Source: Oscillospiraceae bacterium (lineage in GTDB: Bacteria; Bacillota; Clostridia; Oscillospirales; CAG-272). Taken from it: a stretch of 57,362 nt of DNA. This document shows, in pieces, positions 26,907 to 37,020 of the stretch. Each line of letters opens with the position of its first letter. Positions within the stretch are counted from its first letter, which is position 1. The notes beneath the pieces were generated by a model, which saw nothing but the letters and a program-made list of their open reading frames with translations, did not search any database and was not told the DNA's origin. The stretch lies in the NCBI GenBank assembly GCA_015065175.1, contig SVQV01000002.1:1-57362 (forward strand), in the 5' to 3' direction. Made by a program: the position numbers and the translations under genes.

Positions 26907-29671
26907 TCTTTTATCCTTCCTGCGACACGGTAACGGTATGACATACTGAAAATTCCGAACGGTCGCTTGTATTCATCGGAAAATATCCGATATTGCTTTT
27001 CTGTCCAGCGCTTTTCCTTTTCGGACAAGGGTATATTTATGCGCTGAGAGGTTTCAAATGAGAAACTGTCGAACTCCACATCGTCAAAACCGAAAACATT
27101 ATTTTGTGGGTGATCTATATCCTTCCAACCCACTCTGTCGGTGCGTACTCCTATTTTTATTTTTCCGCTGCCGAAGGTTTTCAGATGAGCGCAGAGCGAG
27201 CGCTTTACTGTAGTCTTAGTAAGATGAGGTATTGAGCAGTTGTCTGACGAGCTTGTGAGTGAGCTTGTGTAACGGCGGTTATCGAAAGCGTAATATTTAC
27301 TGTCAATATTTCCCGTTTCATCCCGCATATCTGTATTGAAGCAGCATAAATCTCCGCATTCTGTACCGAAGAACAGAATTTCGTTTATGTTTCTCATTTC
27401 GCATATAGGGTAGAAAGATCCGCCCGTCATTTCACCCTCGCTGTCGCATATATAGCAGTGTGCTAAGCCTTCTTCGTCGTGTTCCACTGTGTAATAGACG
27501 GCTTTGTTCTTCATCTCATAGCGGTCCTCCTTATCCTCATAGCAGTAAGAGCTTAAGACCTCTCTGCTGTCCGAAAGCTCACCCCATGTCTTTTCCTCGA
27601 TAGGAAGATACATTTCTTCAAATAATACACACATATTTGTAAGCTCGCTCGGCAGAGGCGAATAAAAGTATTTCGTATACTGACCGAGGTATGTGCCTAT
27701 TCCTTTGAGTCTGTACCACTCGTATTGCAAGTCGCCGCTCGCATGCCTGAAGGTGCGTCTGCTGTCGGCTAAGAAGATGTCCTCACCGAGCGCAATGCAC
27801 AGATATCCGAGCCAGCGGCAGATAAGCGCCTTTTCGGGCTTGCTTTGCAATAGAGCGAGGTCTATATTTGAGGAGCGGTGTTCTATATGATGCTCGGCGT
27901 TAAGATATCGCTTTGAGAGCGCGTCCAGTCCTCTGTCCGAGAGAAATACCGTATCGTCATAGAAGTTATACGCCCTGCCGAGCGCTCCTACCCCGCTTAT
28001 AGAATAAGCGCAAGGGTAAATTCTCGGCACAAGATCATATGCCGTGTCGGACGGGTAATGAATATACACACCGCCCTTTTCACTGTCCTCTTTAAAAACG
28101 ATAAGATTTTCACCGCTCGCAAGCAAATATGAAATCCGCGAGTCTGTACGTCCTACCGTAAAATAGTTAAGAGCGCCTACATATTCGGGAAGGTTCAGTC
28201 CGTTTGTGTCCTTTGAAGAATAAAAAACACAGGCGGGAAATTCGGGGTTTCCGGAAAAGAATATCCTTCCGTCAAAAATAGCAGATACGGTACAGCGAGC
28301 GATTATTCCGTAAGCTCCTCCCTTATAATTCGGGAATTCCTTACAAATGCCAGTATTGTCTGATGCAGGCGACAAGCCGGATACGGTCAGGGTCTTACCG
28401 CATATTTTTCCGTAGTCCGTGGTGCTTATTATTATGGCAGAAATAAGTCCTTTTTCGGATTTTGCGGTATAACTGAGGTCGGAGGAATTTTCGTTGAGTA
28501 AAGCTCCGTCGAGCATTACAGAAGAAAGACTTTTGCATTTTTCGTTTATATAGAAAATAAAGCTTCCGCTTCTTTCTCTGTAGCCATAGCTGATGTTTTC
28601 GCATTCCTTTAAAGGAATGTTGCTTCCTTCTACCGTTATTGCCGACCATTGCTCTGTAGTGCCCATATAATTCACCTTGGAAAGTGAGGTGTCGTAAAAG
28701 CAATAAAGCGGAACGGTGCTTATCTTATAGCCTATGCATACCTCGGAAAGAGATGAGCAATACATAAACGTGCCCCTTCCCAGCTCTTCAAGGCTTGCGG
28801 GCAGATAGGCTTTTTTGAGAGAAGTACAGGAATAAAAGGCGCCGTAGCCTATCTTTTTTATTCCGTCTGCCATTTTAATTTCTTTCATCGAGGTGTTTTT
28901 ACTGAAGGCATATGGAGCTATAGAATCTATATAATAAGTTCTGCCGTCAATTTCGGTACAGCTCGGAATGTAAATGTTAGTTTGCGTTGCTTCAAGCCCC
29001 TCAACACAGCAGGTATCCTCGCCCGTTATCCTGTATACGAGTCCCGTTGTTTCCTCTGTATATTTTGTCAGACCGTCTAAGTTTTTTGAAAGGTGATATA
29101 CACAGGAAAAGCTGTCCGAAAGGAGATTTTTCTGCTCATATGCTTCTCCGTCCGAGTATGTGGTGGGAATATAGGCTATATCTTTTACCGATTTCAAGCT
29201 CGTTCCGTCAAGAACGAAGTAATCCTCTCCGTCAAGTATATATACCTTTCCGCCAAACTCAAAGAACATACTTTTTTCGTCCCTTAAAGGCTCCTCGCTT
29301 TTGATTTCGTTATCTGCCGACAGAAGTGGGATCAATAGCGGTTCAAAGTAAGTATTTCTTCTGTTCAGCGGGAAGCGGTAGAGCCTTTTTCCCGCATGAA
29401 CGAGAACATATGTTGTGGCTTCGTTTTGCGGAGTGTAGTGAAAAATCGCGTTTATTTTTCGGATGCTTTCTCCGTCCGAAAAGGAATATATTTTTCTGTA
29501 TCCGGGCACTGTCTCAAGCGCGGCGCCGTCATTGCCGTAATAGTCACGGTACATATTTTCCATATCCGATAGCCTCATTTCGCTTATGCTGCTCGGATTT
29601 TCGGACAAATTCAAGCCAAGAAAGCTGTTGTAATATCTGCTGTATTCGGTTCTGCTTTGCGCCTTTGACAT
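26903..29671 (-). CDS. Giant virion-module protein with BspA-type leucine-rich repeats
   Basis: 922 aa from ATG 29671 (TGATG overlap with the upstream stop). LRR_5-like units run IAPYAFSKNTSMKEIKMADGIKKIGYGAFYSCTSLKKAYLPASLEELGRGTFMYCSSLSEV. Confidence 0.6.
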   Translation of the reverse strand: MSKAQSRTEYSRYYNSFLGLNLSENPSSISEMRLSDMENMYRDYYGNDGAALETVPGYRKIYSFSDGESIRKINAIFHYTPQNEATTYVLVHAGKRLYRFPLNRRNTYFEPLLIPLLSADNEIKSEEPLRDEKSMFFEFGGKVYILDGEDYFVLDGTSLKSVKDIAYIPTTYSDGEAYEQKNLLSDSFSCVYHLSKNLDGLTKYTEETTGLVYRITGEDTCCVEGLEATQTNIYIPSCTEIDGRTYYIDSIAPYAFSKNTSMKEIKMADGIKKIGYGAFYSCTSLKKAYLPASLEELGRGTFMYCSSLSEVCIGYKISTVPLYCFYDTSLSKVNYMGTTEQWSAITVEGSNIPLKECENISYGYRERSGSFIFYINEKCKSLSSVMLDGALLNENSSDLSYTAKSEKGLISAIIISTTDYGKICGKTLTVSGLSPASDNTGICKEFPNYKGGAYGIIARCTVSAIFDGRIFFSGNPEFPACVFYSSKDTNGLNLPEYVGALNYFTVGRTDSRISYLLASGENLIVFKEDSEKGGVYIHYPSDTAYDLVPRIYPCAYSISGVGALGRAYNFYDDTVFLSDRGLDALSKRYLNAEHHIEHRSSNIDLALLQSKPEKALICRWLGYLCIALGEDIFLADSRRTFRHASGDLQYEWYRLKGIGTYLGQYTKYFYSPLPSELTNMCVLFEEMYLPIEEKTWGELSDSREVLSSYCYEDKEDRYEMKNKAVYYTVEHDEEGLAHCYICDSEGEMTGGSFYPICEMRNINEILFFGTECGDLCCFNTDMRDETGNIDSKYYAFDNRRYTSSLTSSSDNCSIPHLTKTTVKRSLCAHLKTFGSGKIKIGVRTDRVGWKDIDHPQNNVFGFDDVEFDSFSFETSQRINIPLSEKEKRWTEKQYRIFSDEYKRPFGIFSMSYRYRVAGRIKE

Positions 29672-30270
29672 CAGCCTTCCCACCCTCCGTCAAGATAATA
29701 TTTAGAGATCCGATTTTCTCCTTTGCTGCCAAATGCCTTTATCTGTGCCGCCTCGGAATAGAAAAGATTTCGGTAGATAGCCGATTTTTCCTCCTCGTCG
29801 TCTAACCAGACGTAAGAGGCTATAAGCAAGGGAAGTATCTGACAGATATCTTCGCAGAGGTCTATTTCTGCGTTTTCATCCTCGTCGGTTATAGGTGTGA
29901 GCTTGCGAAAATAGAGTATCTTGTATTCTCCCTGCGCCTCGGTTTTTAACAGCAAAGTTTTTTCGTCCTCGATCAAATAATCCTCTCCCAGAATAAGAGT
30001 TCTTCCGTCCTTTGAAACAGGAGAGGGGGCGAAGCAGAAAAAATCATCGCGGTAAAGCGTATATGGATTATAACCTATACCTTGTATGTAGGTTTCGGGG
30101 GTCAAATCGCCCTTAAGATTATGCTTCAGCCAGTAGATCTTTTCCCTCGGACGTATTCTGTTTGCCGCATACAATGCCCTGTTTGCGGCAGAATAAAAAC
30201 GGCTTGAGCTGTCAAGATCGTCTTCAAATCCAAGCCCCGCCGTTGCCGTTTTAAGTTCTTTTATTGTCAT
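29671..30270 (-). CDS. Hypothetical head-tail joining (adaptor-position) protein
   Basis: 199 aa from ATG 30270 behind AAAGGAG. The call rests on position after the capsid gene only. Confidence 0.4.
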   Translation of the reverse strand: MTIKELKTATAGLGFEDDLDSSSRFYSAANRALYAANRIRPREKIYWLKHNLKGDLTPETYIQGIGYNPYTLYRDDFFCFAPSPVSKDGRTLILGEDYLIEDEKTLLLKTEAQGEYKILYFRKLTPITDEDENAEIDLCEDICQILPLLIASYVWLDDEEEKSAIYRNLFYSEAAQIKAFGSKGENRISKYYLDGGWEG

Positions 30271-30434
30271 AGTCTTTTCTCCTTTCATTTTTGGCTTTTT
30301 CCTTTCGGGACCCCTGTAAAATAAGAGGTCCCGTGCCTTAAGAATTATTACGGAAAGCCCGTTTGCTTTTTGTCATATATAATATGTATACTTTTATTTA
30401 CATTCGCTAAGGCAATTTAAGGAAAAAAGCTGAT

Positions 30435-31496
30435 TTAAAGGGCGGTTGCGCCTGCGACCGAGGAAGCAGAGTCAACGGCAAGCAGAATATGCTTATATGT
30501 GCCGAAGCCTACGCCAAAGCGGCATCTGCCGTTCCAAATGTAATTTCCTGTGTGGTTATCCACCCAGTTGGATACGGTGAGCGGAACACGGTTGAAGAAC
30601 ATATTTCCACAGAGATTTTTGTTTGCCTCGCCCGACATTATCATAACTCTGTCGTCATCTGTCTGCCAGTTTGGCATAACAACGATATTCCAGTTTCCGT
30701 ACTGAAGGTTTATATCATTGTAGCCGTTGCCGAGCGCACCCTCGGAGCCGCAGACCTTCTTCGCTATAGCTTCTGCCGCAGGTCTGTTTCCGGGGAGGAT
30801 TATGGTATCGGCGGTATAACCGAGAACGTCACCGTTTTCGTCCTTCATATTGCGGAGTTTGGAAGAAAGCTCGGAAAGAGCTGCCTCAAAGGCTTCTGTG
30901 CTTGACTTTCTCGCGTCAGTAGCACCCGATGAGAAAATATCGCCGTAGAAGAAGTTGGACTGAGTTCCGCTTGCCTTCTTGCCGCCCCACTTGTGAGAAT
31001 TGGCAAAGAGCGCAAGCCCGTCGGGAGCGGTAAGGTCAAGATTTGCTTTTGCAAAGGTGCCCTTCGTCTTTGTGCCGTTTGCGAGCGCGTACTCGCAGAT
31101 CTTGTGCATCGTCTTGTAGTATGCGCGTGTGAAGTTTTCGGCTCTGCGCTTTGCGTCAGCCGCCACGCCGTAATTGGCATCCTCCATCATCTGCGCAGTT
31201 ACGGTAAACTCCTTCATAAACTGGATATGCTCGATAAACTTCTTGTAGGTCTCCTGCATATCATCGTTTTCCGCGCCTGCGCCCTCTTGTGCTGCCGCAA
31301 ATACGTCGAACTCGTTCTGACCTACAATGGTTTCTCCGAATTTGTTGGACTTTTCAATATTGAAAAGCCAGTCGCATATACCGCCCTTCTTAGTCTGAAG
31401 GTCGCTTTCATGCTCTATGACCATCTTGAGCGGTGTTTCAAGCTTGCCTATCTGGGCATTGTTCAAGCCGCTGCTTTTAGAATATACAATTGCCAT
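30435..31496 (-). CDS. Major capsid protein (putative)
   Basis: 353 aa with a strong RBS, positioned after the scaffold-like and decoration-like genes. It is followed by a 164-bp gap containing a GGGACCTC/GGGGTCCC stem-loop. Confidence 0.6.
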   Translation of the reverse strand: MAIVYSKSSGLNNAQIGKLETPLKMVIEHESDLQTKKGGICDWLFNIEKSNKFGETIVGQNEFDVFAAAQEGAGAENDDMQETYKKFIEHIQFMKEFTVTAQMMEDANYGVAADAKRRAENFTRAYYKTMHKICEYALANGTKTKGTFAKANLDLTAPDGLALFANSHKWGGKKASGTQSNFFYGDIFSSGATDARKSSTEAFEAALSELSSKLRNMKDENGDVLGYTADTIILPGNRPAAEAIAKKVCGSEGALGNGYNDINLQYGNWNIVVMPNWQTDDDRVMIMSGEANKNLCGNMFFNRVPLTVSNWVDNHTGNYIWNGRCRFGVGFGTYKHILLAVDSASSVAGATAL

Positions 31497-31520
31497 TTTT
31501 AGTTTTCCTTTCTTTTACAA

Positions 31521-31925
31521 TTATTTAAAGCATACCTGTATCTTGTCGCCCGCCGAAGCTGCGCCGCAGAGGTCTGTGACGGTTGCCACTCCGTTTGAGG
31601 TGGTAGCGGTTACGCTCACGGCATCGGTATGCAGAGTTACCTTGCTGCCCGGTACAAGTGCCGAAGGTGAGGCGGTAACGGGTACTTCAAAGATCATTTC
31701 GGCAGATACAGGCTCTGCCATAATAGCGCGGTTTTCGCTCGCGGGAGCTGTGTAGTCCTCGCAGGATATAAAATCGGGCTTTACGCTTGCCGCGCATTTT
31801 GTGAGCTTGCCCGCGCTCAAGGTAAGTGCCTCGCCGCAGAGATAGCTTTCGCCTGCGGTGGAGGGAAGAGCCATAGGCTCACCCTGATTTGTTCTTCCGT
31901 TTAAAATTTTTACAAGTCTGAACAT
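31521..31925 (-). CDS. Head decoration-like protein (DUF2190-like, tentative)
   Basis: 134 aa, beta-rich and Ala/Ser/Thr/Val-rich, immediately upstream of the capsid gene. Confidence 0.4.
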   Translation of the reverse strand: MFRLVKILNGRTNQGEPMALPSTAGESYLCGEALTLSAGKLTKCAASVKPDFISCEDYTAPASENRAIMAEPVSAEMIFEVPVTASPSALVPGSKVTLHTDAVSVTATTSNGVATVTDLCGAASAGDKIQVCFK

Positions 31926-31945
31926 ATTGAATTTCCTTTCTTTTA

Positions 31946-32518
31946 TTATGATGTTGCCCTTTTGTAAAGGCGCTCAAGCTCTCGGTCGCTGAGGCTTCCG
32001 AAAAGCTCTCTTGCCGAATGTAATTCCTCCGCGCTCATTCTGTTTTTCTGCACGGCGCTTGCGTTTGGTACCGCGCTTCTTAAGTGAGACTTTCCGTCCG
32101 AGCGCGCTACTCTTTGAGCAATTGAAGTAATCATTCGGTCCATATTTGTTGCCGCCAGCGCCTCGCTGACCGACAGTCCCGCATCTCTCAGCTCGGCGAA
32201 CCTCACAGCGTTATCCAGATCTCTTAAGCTTTCAAGAGATGAAAACTCGGGGAAGAGTCGCTTTATTTCCGCTAAGTCCTCTGCGGCAATACGGGAATAA
32301 TCTGTTTCCTCATCCGATTTATTTTCGGTCTGCTCGCTTATTGCTTCCTCCTCATCGTTTTCGGGAGCGGCTGAGCCTTCCGATCTGCTTTCCTCTACAC
32401 CGTTTTGTAAACTGTTGTTTACTTCTTCGGAGCAGGGAATAGCGTCGCTTTCCTGTGCGGGGATTGTTTCATAGCTGTCCTGCATTTTGATTTTTTCCTT
32501 TCCGAGATTTTCCTTCAC
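31946..32518 (-). CDS. Scaffolding-like acidic/helical protein
   Basis: About 180-190 aa with an acidic N-terminus and a helical C-terminus, located between portal and capsid. The start is ambiguous (GTG 32518 or ATG 32485). Confidence 0.45.
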   Translation of the reverse strand: MKENLGKEKIKMQDSYETIPAQESDAIPCSEEVNNSLQNGVEESRSEGSAAPENDEEEAISEQTENKSDEETDYSRIAAEDLAEIKRLFPEFSSLESLRDLDNAVRFAELRDAGLSVSEALAATNMDRMITSIAQRVARSDGKSHLRSAVPNASAVQKNRMSAEELHSARELFGSLSDRELERLYKRATS

Positions 32519-32523
32519 ACGTA

Positions 32524-32655
32524 TTATTTAGAGCGAAGGTCGTTTTGCTTTTTTGTGACAGTGGCTTTAGGCTCGTCTGTCTGACTCTTGGGGGAATTGA
32601 TTTTTCCGCCCTTGTTTGTCGCATAAGGGTTATTCTGCTTGTTATAATCCTTCAT
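32524..32655 (-). CDS. Small basic protein (43 aa)
   Basis: ATG 32655 lies behind AGGAGGA. Sequence MKDYNKQNNPYATNKGGKINSPKSQTDEPKATVTKKQNDLRSK. It is preceded by the conserved 39-nt motif. Confidence 0.45.
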   Translation of the reverse strand: MKDYNKQNNPYATNKGGKINSPKSQTDEPKATVTKKQNDLRSK

Positions 32656-32680
32656 AATGCATCCTCCTTTCCGGCTACAT

Positions 32681-32719
32681 TTTAAGTGTAGCAAAAATGC
32701 AACACGAAATGGGTACAAA
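32681..32719 (-). promoter_or_regulatory. Cluster-specific conserved upstream motif, copy 2
   Basis: 31/39 nt identical to 37021-37059. On the minus strand it reads TTTGTACCCA-n6-GTTGcATTTTTGCTAcACTtAAA, 25 nt before the ATG. Confidence 0.5.
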
Positions 32720-32725
32720 CTCTCT

Positions 32726-33454
32726 TTAACTGAAAAGTCCCGAGCTGAAGCCGCTTTGACTGAGATTTACCTGTTTTGCTACCTCAGCCATCTGCTCTGC
32801 TTCTTCCTTTTCAATACCGCAAGCCATAAGATATGCTACCGCATTATCACCTGCGAGTCGCTTTTTCAGCAGCTCCTCTAACAGTACACGTTTTGTGCTT
32901 ACGCTAACAGTTGTTTTCTCGGGCTCTTCTATCACCTCTTCCTTTTCATTAAGCACAATACCGATGTCAGCTATATATTTTGCTGTCTCCTCGTCAAGCC
33001 CTGCGGCTATAGCGAGCTTATAGGAGGTCTCATAGTCGTCCGTGCCGTATCTGTGGATGTCGGAGAGCGTGTCGCTTGCAAGGCGGTTTTGCGCCGAGTC
33101 GGATTTCTCCAAATATTCCGCATATGCGCTTCTGTTTCTCAGAGCCGCCGCATTTCGCTCCTTTTCCGCTTCACGCTTGGAATTCTGAAGCTCGGAATAG
33201 GCGTTGGAGTCCAAATAAGACGCATAGCCGCTTCCGTTCAGTCCCTTTCGGGATAATGCCTCGCCTGTCTTTCCGTATCCCGCTCTTGCGCGGTCATACT
33301 CCTTCTGAGCATCGTTTATAGCTTCGGCATAATTTGTTTCGCTTGAGTCTCCCTGCTCGTTCAACCATTGTGAATAGGTCTTTTGCTTCTTTTTCCTGGA
33401 GGCATTGTATTTATTTATAAAATCCTCCAGTGTCACATTTGATTTTTTTGCCAT
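32726..33454 (-). CDS. Hypothetical head-module protein (242 aa)
   Basis: RBS GAGGA, 22-nt overlap with the portal gene end, charged and helical. Confidence 0.5.
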   Translation of the reverse strand: MAKKSNVTLEDFINKYNASRKKKQKTYSQWLNEQGDSSETNYAEAINDAQKEYDRARAGYGKTGEALSRKGLNGSGYASYLDSNAYSELQNSKREAEKERNAAALRNRSAYAEYLEKSDSAQNRLASDTLSDIHRYGTDDYETSYKLAIAAGLDEETAKYIADIGIVLNEKEEVIEEPEKTTVSVSTKRVLLEELLKKRLAGDNAVAYLMACGIEKEEAEQMAEVAKQVNLSQSGFSSGLFS

Positions 33455-35286
33455 GCTTCGTCCTCGCTTTCGTTTGTTGTGTCTGTATGCGGATTTTCTT
33501 CAAGCAGAGAGCGGAAATATTCCACATTCTCTCTTGCGTGCGGATAATGCGCTCTCTCCTGGTTCTGCCAATAGCGCAGAAGCGTAATTGTTTCCGAGGG
33601 GTCTCCGAGCGTGCCTGCCTTGAGGTTTTCTAAATTTTTCTCCCAAAGGACCTCTCTCTGCTGCTCCACGCTGTCGTTCATATCGATAGAGAACAGATAT
33701 CCGTCATCATAGTAGTAGCTGCCGTTTTTCGTATTGAATTCTATAAAATCATAGCGGTTGAATTCGGCATTATGTGTTCTTCCGTAGGCATCCTTGTAGG
33801 CTATCATTTTAGGCTCGTCGGCATATGCGAGGCAGTATTCGAATATGAGGCGGTCTATATCCGCATACGCGGAATGCTTCATTCGTCTCTTGGATTCAAG
33901 TCTGCCCGCCGCCTGCTCGACCTGTAATTGCTTAGCCTTGCCCGAGACGGCTGAGTCATCGCTCAGACCTATATAGGTGTCAGAAATACCTATAATTCTC
34001 TTGGCATGCTCATAGAGACGGTCGGATTGCAAGACGTCCTGAGATATTGAGGGCGTCGTGTCTATTGTGCCGTACATTCCCACGCTTTCGCCCGGCTTCA
34101 GCTTCACTACCTGTCCGAATACGCTGTTGTTGAGCGCTATTTGCGCATCCTCGGGAACAATGGGGGTAATGCCCGCACGGAGCAGCTTCTGCATTATTCG
34201 GCTTTCGAGCTTGTTAATCTGCTGCTGTTGGGGTCTTATGAATTCGCAGTCGCTCTGACCGAATACCGAGCCGTCCTTTGAGGTGTTCTTTCTTATTACA
34301 ATAGGGAAGTGCTTGGGTATGTAATAAGGGAGTCTCGTTTTCCGCATATCTACCCTTGAAAGCTCGCTTTCCTTGCAGGGAATTCCGTTTTTCGTGAGAA
34401 GCTCGCCTATAGCGTTCATTCTCGGAGTTTTTGCGCAGATGATACTTCCGTCGCTGCGCACTATATCCTCGTCCAATTCCTCATAGTCGATATTCTCTGA
34501 GACGAACATTCCCTGAGGGCATTCGCAGAGACCTCTCTCCCTTCCGCACTTTTTACAGGTGTATTTCTTGCGTCTGTAAAAGTCCTCAATGTCAAGAAGG
34601 ATAACGTCTCCCGACCAGGCAAACTCACATACGGCATTTTCACCGTTTCTGTAGAAGCAATGTATAAGCGTTACCGTATCCTCTCCCGCGCTCAGCTCGT
34701 TTTCATCCTCTGTCTCCGCCTTTTCGGCTTCGCTTTCGGATATTCCGTATCTTCTTATAAGCTCGCTTTTTGTGGTGTGGAAGCGTACAAAGCAATACTC
34801 CATTTCATCTATATTGCAAATGTTTGGCTGAGGGAAAAAGTCGCAGGGGTTTATCAGAGAGACTCTTACACCGCCCTTCTCGTTATGAGTTTCGAGTGAG
34901 TTATCCCACTCAACGAACCATATGCTTGAGCCGTATATATAGGTATACCGCTCGTCCATATCGTTCATTTTTTCAAACGGGAGCAGATCGTGCATCTGAG
35001 CGCAGAGCTTTTCTACAGATTTCGCATTCCTGTCCCTTTTCTCACTGTATTCCCTCGCCTCTACCTTCGGTGCGGGAATGTGTGAGGAGACCTGAGCCTC
35101 TATAAGCTCGTAGGTTATGTTTCTTATACAGCTTGCCCTTTCGCTTGAGCCGTCTATCGTGTCGCTTCCTCTGTATTGCGCCATGTTTTTCTCATGTGCA
35201 TCTATAAGAGAGCTGCTCGCGTTTTTTGCGCTTTCAAAAAGAGCGTCGAAATAGGCAAGCCTGTTTTCGTTCGTTACAGTTTTCAT
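33433..35286 (-). CDS. Portal protein
   Basis: 617 aa from ATG 35286 (ATGA overlap with the TerL stop). Size and position directly after the large terminase fit a portal. Confidence 0.7.
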   Translation of the reverse strand: MKTVTNENRLAYFDALFESAKNASSSLIDAHEKNMAQYRGSDTIDGSSERASCIRNITYELIEAQVSSHIPAPKVEAREYSEKRDRNAKSVEKLCAQMHDLLPFEKMNDMDERYTYIYGSSIWFVEWDNSLETHNEKGGVRVSLINPCDFFPQPNICNIDEMEYCFVRFHTTKSELIRRYGISESEAEKAETEDENELSAGEDTVTLIHCFYRNGENAVCEFAWSGDVILLDIEDFYRRKKYTCKKCGRERGLCECPQGMFVSENIDYEELDEDIVRSDGSIICAKTPRMNAIGELLTKNGIPCKESELSRVDMRKTRLPYYIPKHFPIVIRKNTSKDGSVFGQSDCEFIRPQQQQINKLESRIMQKLLRAGITPIVPEDAQIALNNSVFGQVVKLKPGESVGMYGTIDTTPSISQDVLQSDRLYEHAKRIIGISDTYIGLSDDSAVSGKAKQLQVEQAAGRLESKRRMKHSAYADIDRLIFEYCLAYADEPKMIAYKDAYGRTHNAEFNRYDFIEFNTKNGSYYYDDGYLFSIDMNDSVEQQREVLWEKNLENLKAGTLGDPSETITLLRYWQNQERAHYPHARENVEYFRSLLEENPHTDTTNESEDEAWQKNQM

Positions 35287-36644
35287 AATGGTTCTCCGTA
35301 TTTCTTTTTCAAATAAATTTTTTCTTCCTCGCTCGCCGCATAATAGTCCTGCCACATATCGGGAGTCCAGAGCGTTCGGGTGAGAGTATTCTCCGATTCG
35401 TTCGGTCTCGAATAGAAAATAGCGAAGCCTCTTAACGCATCGGGAGCGTGTGTTATTTCGTGCGGCTCGTTTGCCGTGTCAGTCGGTCTTTGCGTGTCTA
35501 TCTGGAGCATCGGCAGGCATTTTATTATCTCGGTGCAGTTGCGGAAAATTTTCAACCTCGTATGTCCCTCGCAGTCGCTTTTCAGAAGCTCCTTTACAGA
35601 TAACCAGCCTGTTTCACGGTCATTCGAGGTCCTTGTAAAATACAGACCGTTTTCCGAAAAGATGAGCGCCTTGCTTCTGCCGCTCTCCTGGCTTCTGCTC
35701 CATAGGTCGGGCGGCGCTAAGGTGGCATAAATGCTTTCGTCTGCAGGGGTGGCATCTATTATCTTCTTAGAGGCATCGCTTATCATCAGATTGCTTTCGC
35801 ACAGCTCTCGGTAGACATAAGCGTTTTTGTCGCTGTCTATGGCTATCCAGAGACAAGCCAGCCTGTCGAGTCCGTAGTCTATCGTGCGGTATTTGCGCCA
35901 TTCCTTCGGAATAGGGAAGGGGTTGCAGGTGTGCTTTTCGTAATCAAACTCGGAAAAGTACTGCCCCTCAAAAATATTCCAGTCTCCGTAAAGCAGAGCC
36001 TTCCTCTGTGACTCGGGAAGCGAGAGAAGTCTTTTCTTGTAGTCGGGGTCGCTCTCGCAGAGAAACAGATTGTCGTCTATTTTTGACGGAATAAATACCC
36101 GTCGGCTTCCGTCCGATGCTGTAAATACAGTATTTGGCGGCGCGGGGTCAACGAAGCGAGCCTTCACCCACATGTGCCCGATACCGCCCGGATTTGTTGA
36201 GGATTTTATCTGCTTCGGATTAGAGTTTGCGCCTCTTACTCTTGATATAAGATAGAGATACTGAAATTCCGTAAAGTGAGTAAGCTCGTCAAATCTTACT
36301 GTATCGTACTCCGCGCTCTGATATTGGAAAACGTCATTTTCGGTAGCACAGTAGCCAAAATCAAGTATGCTTCCGTTTTTGAATTTTCCTACGTGGCAGG
36401 TAGAGTTATAGGTGTAAATCTCACGGGGAAAAAGCGAGAGACTGACACGGATGAGAGATTTTTCAAGCTCCGAAAAGGTGCGCCTGAGAATAAGCTGCTT
36501 GGATTTCGGATATTTCAGCGCATAAAGCAGAGCGTCAACAAGCTGACCGTATGACTTGCCGCCGCCTGCCGCGCCTCCGAAGAGGACCTCGGTAGCCGTA
36601 GCGGAAATAAATTTTTCCTGTTTATTTGTTATCTTTATTTCCAT
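35283..36644 (-). CDS. terL: Terminase large subunit
   Basis: Walker A LFGGAAGGGKSYG, a Walker B-like VRFDELTHF and a C-terminal nuclease-like region. Start ATG 36644 behind GGGAGGAG. Confidence 0.85.
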   Translation of the reverse strand: MEIKITNKQEKFISATATEVLFGGAAGGGKSYGQLVDALLYALKYPKSKQLILRRTFSELEKSLIRVSLSLFPREIYTYNSTCHVGKFKNGSILDFGYCATENDVFQYQSAEYDTVRFDELTHFTEFQYLYLISRVRGANSNPKQIKSSTNPGGIGHMWVKARFVDPAPPNTVFTASDGSRRVFIPSKIDDNLFLCESDPDYKKRLLSLPESQRKALLYGDWNIFEGQYFSEFDYEKHTCNPFPIPKEWRKYRTIDYGLDRLACLWIAIDSDKNAYVYRELCESNLMISDASKKIIDATPADESIYATLAPPDLWSRSQESGRSKALIFSENGLYFTRTSNDRETGWLSVKELLKSDCEGHTRLKIFRNCTEIIKCLPMLQIDTQRPTDTANEPHEITHAPDALRGFAIFYSRPNESENTLTRTLWTPDMWQDYYAASEEEKIYLKKKYGEPL

Positions 36645-36999
36645 TTTCAAGCTCCTCCCTTTTTTCTGTTCCCATAACGGTTATCTTTACCTCAAATGGC
36701 GTGTCATCTCCCGCTTCCTCCTCGCTCTCGGAAAAGCCGTATTTAGAGGAAAGCAAGAATTTAACAAAGGAGCTGTCAAAGCGCTTGACAAGCGCTCCGT
36801 CTGTCAGCATATCGCAAAGGCGCGCCACACATTCTTCATACGCCATCGCAAACTCCCCGTTTTCCTGTCTCCACCTTTCAAGGTCTGCGGTGTGCGCCCC
36901 TATCGAAAAAGCGAACTTGGGAAACGAGGGCAGAGCCTTTCCGTCTCCGTATGTGAAAAAATTGAGCATTTTTTTGCAGTATTCCTTGTTATATTCCAT
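36622..36999 (-). CDS. Terminase small subunit-like protein
   Basis: 125 aa. The pattern LPSFPKFAFSIGAHTADLERWRQENGEFAMAYEECVARL...KFLLSSKYGFSE resembles Terminase_5-type TerS. Strong RBS GAAGGAGG. Confidence 0.6.
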   Translation of the reverse strand: MEYNKEYCKKMLNFFTYGDGKALPSFPKFAFSIGAHTADLERWRQENGEFAMAYEECVARLCDMLTDGALVKRFDSSFVKFLLSSKYGFSESEEEAGDDTPFEVKITVMGTEKREELENGNKDNK

Positions 37000-37020
37000 T
37001 ATTTTCCTCCTTCTACGCTA

